A DNA stretch of 64,000 nucleotides from an uncultured bacterium (GTDB taxonomy: Bacteria > Zixibacteria > MSB-5A5 > GN15 > FEB-12). Position numbers and translations under genes: made by a program. Shown here piece by piece: positions 38,701-47,717 of the stretch. The stretch lies in assembly GCA_965372795.1 (NCBI GenBank), contig CBDVDR010000003.1:64001-128000 (forward strand), given 5' to 3'. Each line of letters begins with the position of its first letter. The stretch's first letter is position 1. Under the pieces are notes generated by a model. The model was not told where the DNA came from, ran no database searches, and worked only from the letters and a program-made list of their open reading frames with translations.

Positions 38701-39832
38701 CTCTATTATTTCAATCCCTATTACTTTTGAAGATAATGTTATAGGAGTTTTGTATCTTGATCATCACACGATCCCCGAATTATTTGATAAGGAAGATATC
38801 TTATTTATTAATTCAATTTCGAATATCATTGCAATAATGTTAAATACAATTATTAAATATAAAACTATCAAAGGACTAAAAGAACAATACCAGCAAATAT
38901 CTGACACATCAATCAACTCGAATTTTATCAGTAGAAATAATGAGATTAAACTTATTCTCGATCGAATACCATCAATTGTTCGTTCAAATAAACCGGTTTT
39001 AATAATTGGTGAGAGTGGGACCGGTAAAGAAATTATCTCTCAATTAATTTATGAGGAAAGTTTAAGAAAAGATAAACCATTTCTAAAAATCAACTGCTCG
39101 GCTATTTCTGCCTCAATGATCGAAAGTGAACTATTTGGTGTTGCTCAAAATGTCGCAACCGGAGTCAAGGAGAGAGAGGGTAAACTATCTGCTGCTGACA
39201 CCGGTACATTACTTTTTGATGAAATTGGGGATATGTCCTTTGATCTGCAATCCAAACTACTTAGAGCAATTGAATATCAGGAGTTTGAAAAAGTCGGCAG
39301 TAACCGAACAATTTATACTGACATACGATTTTTGTATGCGACCAATAAAAATTTGAAAGATTTAATTAGATTAGGCGAATTTCGTGAAGACTTATTTTAC
39401 AGGATTTCTACAATTACGATAAATATTCCTCCGTTACGAGAAAGAAAAGAAGATATTGAGCTTTTAATAAAACATTTTTTATCAAACTCTGAAAATCCAA
39501 AGAAAAATCCTATTATTTTACTTGAGGCATTAAAATGTTTAATAGCCTATGACTGGCCAGGTAATGTTAGAGAATTAAAGGGTGTGATTGATAGTTTATG
39601 TGTGATCTATGCCAGCCTTGAAATTGATAAGAATAAATTGCCCGAACATATTCTAAATTATATTCCTGATAAAAGCTATGAAAATGAAAATGAAATTGAA
39701 TTTGAAAAAGCAAAAATTGAAAACGCTTTTATAAGAAATAATGGCAATCAATTGAAAACCGCTAAAGAACTAGGTATCCCCAATTCGACTTTAAGATATA
39801 AAATTAAAAAATACCATATCAAAATAAAATAA
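35717..39832 (+). CDS. Ser/Thr kinase-like + TPR + GAF + sigma54 AAA+ + Fis-HTH regulator
   Basis: HCDIKFDNI, GTPTFIPPE; TPR region; GAF (GAERG, IGVLYLD); [41 protein letters not shown] loop is replaced by NVATGV. Confidence 0.88.
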   Translation: MKDNELTNYDLLELLNENGNFQSWKAINRKTNRLCFLKCSLNNSDLQLTNKFLTKSYNHQKDISHPQIVTAQSKRIEEGRCIVEYPYLEPNDWMQLSCERFRNNPIKVLTQIACILDYIHSYNLVHCDIKFDNIFINSSDQIKLIDLDFLVAANSKPQGLLIGTPTFIPPEIETNDIILTQSDNYSLGKQIEKALDTPASDLNISKELFTNIKSFSECLLNTDPWNRSNNLIETLYKCNLIDSKTYQTFLRDLLIDILNSELIKSKLTDVNVTPESIISILNKKKIIIPTPEIVHNLIDAYKHNASNTKNTLISYLEETKIIKLESYWHLQNDDNQLFDFLIELKNLSGGELNKDSLILNSPDSLEQKIELIQNSTSEEDKYFKLFATQQIIDNYFNLNNFDNNIIKKYLLEFTQQAISLNRLKLALEYYEKLGNICELSLDAQIERIVISILLGELDNAKNIIKELENNTSDQIRLDIYKAWLYAITGKMSDAIDVIEEILNIPKSEITPKNYISSNYVYAIIHWMKGDYEKALKFLLISFEKSKNSESKYNIVSIASSLAILFGDIGDFNESIKYCKLAIKEAITPLDLIRVQHIYITLGYAYTRISDFSKAQFWLEKYHHLQLYYFSGTRLVSYSLAKGFNYSTQSNFLESKNLLIEAINLSNQFMDFKNYGKAYYNLSINEMESGNFSKCKYYLKEANTIFTKSKDDASVKELEIISVLNYYFNNEGNINNLHSIIDSLIRFNCNYVLCLCYFHQILNDCKIEEIQKSITNLFEQKAYLKTSDVPLFKVLYELGYSIKDTGNLEQFINVLKKCYRILSAASQKFLSALLAKKISELYESSNKNKHAINYLNEARKNFVSLKNETALHKIDDKLSLLKNFNQTNNNYLEHLSSISKIIKDIENYNSSLSKLLEFAVDQTGAERGVLFRCNEENKLQIIASVNCHFDNLEDIKDFSLQVPTKSTEEFKAVIIANALDDKRTKKYESIIQNNILSIISIPITFEDNVIGVLYLDHHTIPELFDKEDILFINSISNIIAIMLNTIIKYKTIKGLKEQYQQISDTSINSNFISRNNEIKLILDRIPSIVRSNKPVLIIGESGTGKEIISQLIYEESLRKDKPFLKINCSAISASMIESELFGVAQNVATGVKEREGKLSAADTGTLLFDEIGDMSFDLQSKLLRAIEYQEFEKVGSNRTIYTDIRFLYATNKNLKDLIRLGEFREDLFYRISTITINIPPLRERKEDIELLIKHFLSNSENPKKNPIILLEALKCLIAYDWPGNVRELKGVIDSLCVIYASLEIDKNKLPEHILNYIPDKSYENENEIEFEKAKIENAFIRNNGNQLKTAKELGIPNSTLRYKIKKYHIKIK

Positions 39833-40005
39833 TACTCCTTAATTATTACAATTAACAGAAAATTGACAACTTGTTAGTTTGTCCTATCTCGTTACTATTG
39901 CATGATTTAATAAATAGTTTGCAAATAGTGTTGTCAATAATATACTAAAATCAAATAAATTATTTCGGTCCTAAAATCATAAGTACTTATCAAATATAAT
40001 ATTAG

Positions 40006-40021
40006 CGGCATTGAGATTGCT
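40006..40021 (+). promoter_or_regulatory. Candidate sigma54 promoter for the small secreted peptide
   Basis: CGGCATTGAGATTGCT = GG-N10-GC with TTGC, 60 bp upstream of ATG 40081. Confidence 0.65.
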
Positions 40022-40080
40022 CTCATTTGCTCGGCATACTCTTTGTAATACTCACTATTAAACAAACATTAGGAGGTATT

Positions 40081-40317
40081 ATGAAATCCAAACAATCACT
40101 TTCAATCATCACTTTAATGACAATTTTCATTCTTGTTATAAGTGCAGTTATTCCTTTTTCTGCCCATGCTGATGGTATGGGGGGAAATCCGCCACCGCCA
40201 AAAGATACATCTGGAATTAATTCTATGACCATTCCTGATTCATCGGGTGAAATAACAAACCCTGACGATGAAAGTTATCTTCTTGATATCATTAATATAT
40301 TACTAATTACATTATAA
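40081..40317 (+). CDS. Small secreted protein (78 aa; signal peptide, then DGMGGNPPPP)
   Basis: AGGAGG RBS; signal peptide ending AHA; hydrophobic C-terminal helix. Confidence 0.7.
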   Translation: MKSKQSLSIITLMTIFILVISAVIPFSAHADGMGGNPPPPKDTSGINSMTIPDSSGEITNPDDESYLLDIINILLITL

Positions 40318-40325
40318 GGAATTAT

Positions 40326-40928
40326 GTGGGTAATATTTCTAAAATTATCAGACTTCTAAAGTTATTTTACACCCGTAATTTAGTCACAATTGATGAAATA
40401 ATTAATCTATGTGATATTAATAGAAGAACGGCATTTCGTTATCTAAATGAAATGTCTGAAGCAAATATCCCATTATATTATGATAATAATCTAATGGGAT
40501 ATAAAATCAGAGATTTTGGCAGTAAATTTAATACAAACATGTCACTTTCAGAAGTAGCCTTGATTGTATTTTCACTCAAAAATATTTCTTCTGAAATCAA
40601 TCAAAATTATGAAACCGATTTTGAAAAAGCATTAAATGAATTATTAATTACAAATGAGAATGCTGAATTCAATATTGATAAAGTATCAGAGATATATGAA
40701 AATGATAAAATTGATACTGAAGAAACTTCAGTACAATTAACAAATTTCCTGGTAAATCTTGCAATTGACTATAATAGAAGTCTTAAAATATTTATTGGAG
40801 AAGAATTATCGATCAAAATAAAAGAGCCAAGATTAATTTTCGAAAAAGAATGGAATATAACCGAATCTAAAATTGAGAAGCAAAAACTCTTTAAAATTAA
40901 AAATATTCAAAAAATTCAAATAATTTGA
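40326..40928 (+). CDS. HTH transcriptional regulator (YafY/WYL-type N-terminal wHTH, degenerate WYL-like tail)
   Basis: RLLKL..TIDEI...CDINRRTAFRYLNEMSEANIPL...GY; tail ..KEPRLIF..W....FKIKNI. Confidence 0.65.
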   Translation: MGNISKIIRLLKLFYTRNLVTIDEIINLCDINRRTAFRYLNEMSEANIPLYYDNNLMGYKIRDFGSKFNTNMSLSEVALIVFSLKNISSEINQNYETDFEKALNELLITNENAEFNIDKVSEIYENDKIDTEETSVQLTNFLVNLAIDYNRSLKIFIGEELSIKIKEPRLIFEKEWNITESKIEKQKLFKIKNIQKIQII

Positions 40929-40983
40929 TATTTTTTTATATTCTAATAATAGATTACAACAAAATAATTTTTATTGTTCAAAC

Positions 40984-40997
40984 TGACAAAAATGTCA
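40984..40997. promoter_or_regulatory. Palindrome TGACA-N4-TGTCA (related site at 30562-30578)
   Basis: TGACAAAAATGTCACCA versus TGACAAAATTGACACCA (15/17 identical). Confidence 0.4.
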
Positions 40998-41135
40998 CCA
41001 ATGTAATCTAAAATACAAACATTACACTTTAGGTAGTGTAATGTTTGAGTAATATCACTGTCAAAAGCAGCTCTAAAATAAATATTGGTCAATTTGATTG
41101 TTATTATAGGTTAACGGGAAACGATAAATTCCGGG

Positions 41136-42113
41136 GTGGTAGTGGCAAAATTTTTCAAATATTTTAGTCTATTCGTACTCTTTTTGGGTCTAGCAGTAGT
41201 AGCTCAAGCTGATTTTCATTTGTTTATGCCTGATGGTCAGCCGCAAAATTTCCCTGTTAAAGTTTTTGTAACTTACGATATAACCGATAGTATGAATCCT
41301 AATTTGAGCCTGTTGAATAAAGAGTCTGTTGGAGGTTCATTAACAAAATCAAAATTATACTCGCCCATACATATTATTAGAAATCAAACTTGGCTTGAAG
41401 AAATAGAGGGCACTCAATCTTCCTTCAAGGGTACACTGTTGCTTTTTGATTTAGCTGACAACAAACTTAGATTTTACGAAACACTAAGTCGAGTCGTTCC
41501 GTTATTGATCTGGTATGAAGAAAAAGATGGAGCTTTAGAAGAGAAGAAACTGATTTCATTAAACGAGGTTTATATCGGGAATAGAAATTCCTCAATTTTC
41601 TATACGATTGTACTTTTTCTGCTTCTAAATGGCATCATATTAATTTTATGTAAAAAGGCAAAAAAATCACCTTCAGAATTTTTAAAAGATAATAATAACA
41701 GGTTTTCATTATCCAGAGTTCAGATTGCTGCCTGGACATTTGCCATCGCCTTTATTGTTACAGTTTTTGGGCTTATGAATTTATCGATTGATTCTATTCC
41801 GGAAACATTAATTGTATTGATGGGGCTTTCTTTTGTTACCGGTGGTGTTAGCGCCCATATCTCTGATGATAACGATAAATCGGCAGTCTCTTTAGGACTA
41901 TCAGATATCCTTTGTGTTTATAAAGATGGAGAAAACCGGCTTGATATTCCTCGTGCCCAGATGTTTATCTGGACCGGTGTTGTGCTGGCATTGTTTTTTA
42001 CCAAAAGTCTATATGATGGAATTTTATGGGAAGTTCCATGGCAAATGGTAGCTTTGATGGGAATAAGTCAAGCAGCTTATCTTAATCCAAAATTCAAAGG
42101 GAAAAATAAATAA
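41136..42113 (+). CDS. Hypothetical membrane protein with duplicated RxQxxxWT helical hairpin
   Basis: Signal peptide, soluble domain, then SLSRVQIAAWT...LMGLS and DIPRAQMFIWT...LMGIS. Confidence 0.7.
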   Translation: MVVAKFFKYFSLFVLFLGLAVVAQADFHLFMPDGQPQNFPVKVFVTYDITDSMNPNLSLLNKESVGGSLTKSKLYSPIHIIRNQTWLEEIEGTQSSFKGTLLLFDLADNKLRFYETLSRVVPLLIWYEEKDGALEEKKLISLNEVYIGNRNSSIFYTIVLFLLLNGIILILCKKAKKSPSEFLKDNNNRFSLSRVQIAAWTFAIAFIVTVFGLMNLSIDSIPETLIVLMGLSFVTGGVSAHISDDNDKSAVSLGLSDILCVYKDGENRLDIPRAQMFIWTGVVLALFFTKSLYDGILWEVPWQMVALMGISQAAYLNPKFKGKNK

Positions 42114-42579
42114 CTGTTAATTGAGAAAAACAAATAAAGTGAAAATTTAAGTTTATTGAAAAAATAGTTTAGAAATTGTTTCATCTGTTTGATGCAACAA
42201 GAATACTAAATCCTTTATGTTTTGTAGGAGCATTATTCAATAAGGGTAGGTCAAAACCGATGTGATTTTGACAACATGACAATACCTCTCTTTTTGAGAG
42301 GTTGACACGGGTCAAGCTGACCAATATAACATAAGAATCCTTTAGTTATAAGCAATTATGTTATATAGAGCATCTGGTTAAGCAGGTCTTCCTGACCTGC
42401 CTTTGTTGAAATTAAATTTACAAACCACACGACTTCGATATATGATAGTAAAAGTCTGACTAATTAGTTTTTTTTAAACTTGTTTAGCTGATTTGACAAC
42501 TCTATTTTAATCCAACAAAAATTGTTATTTAACATTCTTATTAACATCATGAAAGAAAACATCTATTTAGGAGGTTACT

Positions 42580-43140
42580 ATGACTTCTTTGTTTGATTTA
42601 TGGATTCCAATAATTGTGTCAAGTGTGTTTGTCTTTGTGGTAAGTTCAATTATTCATATGTTTGTGAATTATCACAAGACAGATTATGGGAAGATTCCCA
42701 AAGAAGATGAAGCAATGAATGCTCTTCGTAATGCAGAAATCCCGCCGGGTGACTATGTTATACCGTTTGCCGGAACGACTAAAGAAATGGGGTCAGAAGA
42801 ATATATTGAAAAATGCAATAAGGGTCCGGTTGTATTTATGACAGTTTTGAAAAACGGTCCGCCATCGATGGGTGGAAGTTTGGTGATGTGGTTTATATCC
42901 TCTGTTATAATCAGTATTTTTGCCGCATATATTGGAAGCAGAGCGCTTGGGGTTAATCCATATTATTTGGATGTCTTTCGTTTTGTTGGATGTTCTGCTT
43001 TTATGGGGTATTCATTAGGACATTTACAGTATTCAATTTGGTATAAAAAATCATGGTGTGCGACAGTTAAAAATATGTTAGATGGCTTAATTTATGCCTT
43101 GGTAACTGCTGGAACATTTGGATGGCTGTGGCCAAAATGA
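42580..43140 (+). CDS. Hypothetical integral membrane protein
   Basis: AGGAGG RBS; four hydrophobic segments; ends FGWLWPK. Confidence 0.75.
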   Translation: MTSLFDLWIPIIVSSVFVFVVSSIIHMFVNYHKTDYGKIPKEDEAMNALRNAEIPPGDYVIPFAGTTKEMGSEEYIEKCNKGPVVFMTVLKNGPPSMGGSLVMWFISSVIISIFAAYIGSRALGVNPYYLDVFRFVGCSAFMGYSLGHLQYSIWYKKSWCATVKNMLDGLIYALVTAGTFGWLWPK

Positions 43141-43146
43141 AATAGG

Positions 43147-43176
43147 AAGGCAGGAGAAATTTCTCCTGCCTTTTCT
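43147..43176 (+). terminator. Intrinsic terminator
   Basis: AAGGCAGGAGAAATTTCTCCTGCCTT followed by a T-rich tail. Confidence 0.8.
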
Positions 43177-43521
43177 TAAAAATTCATAAAGTGTAATGAT
43201 AATAAAATAACTGTATTATTAGAATCAATTGATTGGACAAGTAATCAGTTGTAAGTTCAGAAAAGACACATACAGGGGTATCGATGCCAACTTATAATGA
43301 CAGAAAAATATATTTATTTATAGTTTAGTCCTACTTATTTAAAGAATGATTATACATGTAATTGTAGAATAAATAATTATTCAAATTATTTATTAAAATT
43401 CAAGCATATTACAATTTCAACAAGTTATGTTGTGACAATTCTGACTTTCTCCTTGTGAGAGTAATCAAATATGTCTATTTTTCTAATTCAAAATTAATAA
43501 TGGGTTTTTACTGGAGGAATC

Positions 43522-45015
43522 ATGAAATTTGTAAAATGGTCATTACTGCTAATCTTCGTACTATTGGCAATCACTTGTACCAAACAAGTCGATCAAGCCG
43601 AGTTCACCGTTGATAAATTTAAAGAACAATATAGAGCTATTGAAGATGAAGTTCTTGTAATAAACCTTTGCAAAGATTTCATGGAATACTCTGATGATAT
43701 TGACGCTGTTCGTGAGGCACAAAGTACCTGGCGTGAAATGGATGAAGAAGGTGTTAAGGAATTCACAACAAAACTAAGTGATGCTAATAAGAGCTCAGCT
43801 AAATATTTGTATTTGAAGGGTCGTGTTACCGAATCGCCGGTAGAACAGATCAAAATCGGACGTGAAGTTATAACCCTTGATCCAAATTGGGCGTATGGAT
43901 ACCGACTTACTCTGGCAACTTACAGTCAGAAACTATTTAACGGTGAGAGTGATAATGAGTTCTATAATGAGCTTGAAGGGATGCTTGCTGCTGATGCCGG
44001 TTTATTTACAAAAGTAATCGAAGTAGATTCTACCCAGACATATACTTTTCAATTTTTGGCAGACTACCAAATTTTTACAAAAGATTTTAACGGATTAATT
44101 GAAACTCTCAATAAAGGCAAAGCGCTGGAACAAAGTTGGCCAAGCGGTTTTGATTATGGTATCGCCTATGCTGGCTTGGGTGAATTTGATGGCGCAAAAA
44201 AAGCTGTTGAAGAAGAAGTTGATAAAAAAATCGCTGAAGGGTGGCCAAAAGAAAATCGTGAGGCATATATTGCCCGTTATTATTCGAATGCTTTAAGTAC
44301 TGTTGGAGCATTTGATGAAGCAATTAAATTCAAGAAAAGCAAACAGGGCTATGCTAAAGACATGGGTGCTTTGTATGATCTCGCTTGTACCTACTCATTA
44401 AAGGGCGATGCTGACCAAGCCTTTTCATTTTTGAATAAAGCTGTTAAGAACGGATGGGATCAGGTAAGACATACAAATACGGATACAGATCTTAAATCTC
44501 TTCATGATGACAGTCGCTGGACAGGCTTTGTTTCCAAAGTGGAAGCAAATTGGGATAGTGGCAAAGATAATAGAAAAATTGAAGCTCTTAGTGATAAAGT
44601 ATCTGAAGATGCACCCAAGTGGGCGCTTGAAGATGTTAACGGACAGATTATTAATATTGATGATTTAAAAGGCAATGTCATAGTTTTGGATTTCTGGGCA
44701 ACCTGGTGCGGACCTTGTCGTATGGCAATGCCGGAGATTGATGCTTTTGTTAAAGAAGATGCTAAAGAAAATGTAAAAGTGTTTTCAATCAATGTTTGGG
44801 AAAAGGGAAAATCAAAGCCGGCAAAATTTATGACTGAAAATAATTACAATATGATTTTGTTATATGGCAGTAATGATCTTGCCAAAGAATATGGCATCAG
44901 CGGAATTCCATTTTTATGTGTCATTGATAAAGAAGGTAAGATTAGATACAGACATACCGGTTACAGTGATGGATTACGGGAAAACCTTAACTGGTGGACT
45001 GACGACCTGCTTTAA
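43522..45015 (+). CDS. TPR + TlpA-type thioredoxin lipoprotein
   Basis: LAITC lipobox; YDLACTYSL TPR; DFWATWCGPC. Confidence 0.88.
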   Translation: MKFVKWSLLLIFVLLAITCTKQVDQAEFTVDKFKEQYRAIEDEVLVINLCKDFMEYSDDIDAVREAQSTWREMDEEGVKEFTTKLSDANKSSAKYLYLKGRVTESPVEQIKIGREVITLDPNWAYGYRLTLATYSQKLFNGESDNEFYNELEGMLAADAGLFTKVIEVDSTQTYTFQFLADYQIFTKDFNGLIETLNKGKALEQSWPSGFDYGIAYAGLGEFDGAKKAVEEEVDKKIAEGWPKENREAYIARYYSNALSTVGAFDEAIKFKKSKQGYAKDMGALYDLACTYSLKGDADQAFSFLNKAVKNGWDQVRHTNTDTDLKSLHDDSRWTGFVSKVEANWDSGKDNRKIEALSDKVSEDAPKWALEDVNGQIINIDDLKGNVIVLDFWATWCGPCRMAMPEIDAFVKEDAKENVKVFSINVWEKGKSKPAKFMTENNYNMILLYGSNDLAKEYGISGIPFLCVIDKEGKIRYRHTGYSDGLRENLNWWTDDLL

Positions 45016-45031
45016 GAATTATTTATTCTGG

Positions 45032-45064
45032 AAAAGGCGGGGGTTGCTACTCCCGCCTTTTTTT
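45032..45064 (+). terminator. Intrinsic terminator
   Basis: AAAAGGCGGG..CCCGCCTTTTTTT. Confidence 0.8.
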
Positions 45065-45095
45065 AGGGTAAGGAAATATTCAATAAAGGTGTAAT

Positions 45096-45620
45096 ATGCA
45101 AAACGATATGATTTGGTTTGACAGGAAATTCAGTTTTGATTTACCTCTTGAGATGTATCCGATGATTTTAGAGCGATTAAAAGGGACACCCGCGAGGATT
45201 GAAGAAAAAGTATCAACGTTATCCTTTGAACTTCTATCTAACCGCTATGCAGACAAATGGTCAGTACAGGAACATGTTGGGCATCTGTTTGATTTGGAAT
45301 CTTTATGGATAGGGAGGGTGGAAGACTTCTTGAGCAAGGCAGAATACTTGCGTCCGGCTGATTTTAAAAATAAAAAGACTCATGAAGCCAACCATAATAG
45401 AACCCAGCTTGTAGAATTGTTATCAAAGTTTCGGGCTGAACGAGGAAATTTAATCAAAGGGCTTGAAAAATTTACAGGCAAAGGAGCGGGGATAACTTCA
45501 CTCCATCCTCGGCTTGATCAGCCAATGAGGGTTATCGACATGGCATATTTTATAGCCGAACATGACGACCACCACTTATCAAAAATGACAGATCTTATTA
45601 GGGTAGGTTTTATCTCTTAA
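45096..45620 (+). CDS. DinB family protein
   Basis: WSVQEHVGHL..E; EHDDHH. Confidence 0.85.
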   Translation: MQNDMIWFDRKFSFDLPLEMYPMILERLKGTPARIEEKVSTLSFELLSNRYADKWSVQEHVGHLFDLESLWIGRVEDFLSKAEYLRPADFKNKKTHEANHNRTQLVELLSKFRAERGNLIKGLEKFTGKGAGITSLHPRLDQPMRVIDMAYFIAEHDDHHLSKMTDLIRVGFIS

Positions 45621-45740
45621 AAAAATATTATTATTCAGACTTGGATGTATCTTTCTTAAATATATATAATATGGAATAAATTGACAATATTATAGAATAT
45701 TGTATATTATTTGTATCTCATATCAGAATACGAGGAAAAA

Positions 45741-47717
45741 ATGAAGAAGATATTGATAATATTTGTCATTTTTATTTTAATAAGTCCTGCAGTCATTAGC
45801 GATGTCATTCCGACTCCATATTTTGCAACATTTTACGGGCAAATTTACATAGGAACTATTAATGCAGAAGTAGGAACAGTGGTTGATGCCTATGATCCGG
45901 ATGGCGTGCATTGCGGTTCCTTTACTGTTGAAACAGTTGGACAGTTTGGAATGATGGCTGTATACGGTGATGATCTCTACTCCACTGTATTTATTGATGA
46001 AGGAGCAATTGATGGGGATGTTATAACATTCTTCATTAACGGTAGAGAGGCTAGTCTCTTGTCTGGAAATCCAATCTGGTATGATCAAGCTCTTAATAAT
46101 ATACATCTTGCTGTGCTGGCTCCTGCTCCGATAGTTAATTATACTACTCCTCTTGCAAATTCGATCTCAGTAGCATCTGACGCTCAGGTTTCTATCACAT
46201 TTGAAGAGGCGATTGACAGCGCATCTTTTAATAGTTCTACCTTTTTAGTAAGGTCCGAACAACTTGGATATCTTGACGGTACCTTTGGATTCTCAGTTGA
46301 TAATCGTACTGTATTTTTTAACCCACTTGATAATTTTATTCCCGGTGATTTGATCAATGTAATTATCACAGATGAAGTGACAGCTTATATGGGCGATAAT
46401 CTTGCAAATGGATATTCGTGGACATTCACTGTCGCAACTGATGCAGGTTATGGAACGTTTACTGATAAACAGAATATGAATGTTGGCAATTATCCTCGAG
46501 CAGTGAAGATTGCTGATTTTAATGGAGATGGTAATCCTGATCCTGTTGTGATGAATAGTGATTCAAATAATTTATCGGTATTCTTTAATGATGGTAATAA
46601 AAATTATTCAAAAGTTAATTTTGATTATAATTCCGGTGGAATTTATGGTATTGATTTTGTAGTCCTTGATATTGAAAATGATGGTGATATCGATATGGTC
46701 GTAGGGAATGAAACTTCAGAATATTGGTCATTTCTAACTTTGCTTATAAATGATGGTACCGGTAATTTTACTTTGGAATATCACAATGGGCTGGGCATGT
46801 CTCCTGCTGCAATGGAAGTTGCTGATTTTAACAACGATGGTTTTTTCGATTTAGCTATTTGTAACAACTCTACTTTTTCAATTCTATTTAATAATCAAAT
46901 TGGCGGTTTTCAAGATGTAATAAATTATACTTCTGGTCAGTATGCTCGCTCGATTACAACAGGTGATTATGATAATGACGGAGATATTGATATAGCAATT
47001 GGAAGAGTATCATTTAACATCATTGATGTTTATCGTAACAATGGTGATGGAACTTTTGGAGATGTCGAGAACTATGACTCATATTTTAGTTCTCTTGGTA
47101 TTCATTCTGCAGACTTTAACAATGATCAATATCTAGATCTGGTGAGTGCGATTGAAACCGGTGAGTACATGGGATATGTTGCGAGTTTATTAAATCTAGC
47201 AGGTGAGTCTTTTTTAATAGATGAAATTTTGTATATGAACTGGGGTGCATCTTTCTCAGTTATTTCTGGAGATTGGGATAATGATGGTGATTTGGATCTT
47301 GCTGCAACAACAGATGAAAATAAAATTGGTATTATTCCAAATGATGGTTTGGGTAATTTTGGCGATATTCAATTTATTGACGTTGGGCAATATCCTCGTG
47401 ATTTAGCAAGAGCAGATTTGGATAAGGATGGTGATCTAGATATAGTTTGCGTTAACAACGGTTCAAACTCCATAACAATTTTATATAATGATCCAAATAT
47501 TTCGTGTTGTGAATTTCGAGGTGATTTAAATAATGATTTTGAGATAGGGATAGCTGACTTAACATTCTTTGTTGATTATATGTTTATAAACGGAGATTCG
47601 CCAGATTGTCTTGATGAAGCTAATACTGATGGAGAGAGTGAAATTGATATCTCAGATTTGATGCATCTTGTTAATTATTTATTCCAGAATGGTCCTTCGC
47701 CATTACCATGTGATTAA
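45741..47717 (+). CDS. Secreted Ig-like + FG-GAP repeat protein with C-terminal dockerin-like domain
   Basis: Signal peptide; Big_5-like domain; repeated ADFNxDG..D; CCEFRGDLNND..IADLTFFVDYMF. Confidence 0.85.
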   Translation: MKKILIIFVIFILISPAVISDVIPTPYFATFYGQIYIGTINAEVGTVVDAYDPDGVHCGSFTVETVGQFGMMAVYGDDLYSTVFIDEGAIDGDVITFFINGREASLLSGNPIWYDQALNNIHLAVLAPAPIVNYTTPLANSISVASDAQVSITFEEAIDSASFNSSTFLVRSEQLGYLDGTFGFSVDNRTVFFNPLDNFIPGDLINVIITDEVTAYMGDNLANGYSWTFTVATDAGYGTFTDKQNMNVGNYPRAVKIADFNGDGNPDPVVMNSDSNNLSVFFNDGNKNYSKVNFDYNSGGIYGIDFVVLDIENDGDIDMVVGNETSEYWSFLTLLINDGTGNFTLEYHNGLGMSPAAMEVADFNNDGFFDLAICNNSTFSILFNNQIGGFQDVINYTSGQYARSITTGDYDNDGDIDIAIGRVSFNIIDVYRNNGDGTFGDVENYDSYFSSLGIHSADFNNDQYLDLVSAIETGEYMGYVASLLNLAGESFLIDEILYMNWGASFSVISGDWDNDGDLDLAATTDENKIGIIPNDGLGNFGDIQFIDVGQYPRDLARADLDKDGDLDIVCVNNGSNSITILYNDPNISCCEFRGDLNNDFEIGIADLTFFVDYMFINGDSPDCLDEANTDGESEIDISDLMHLVNYLFQNGPSPLPCD

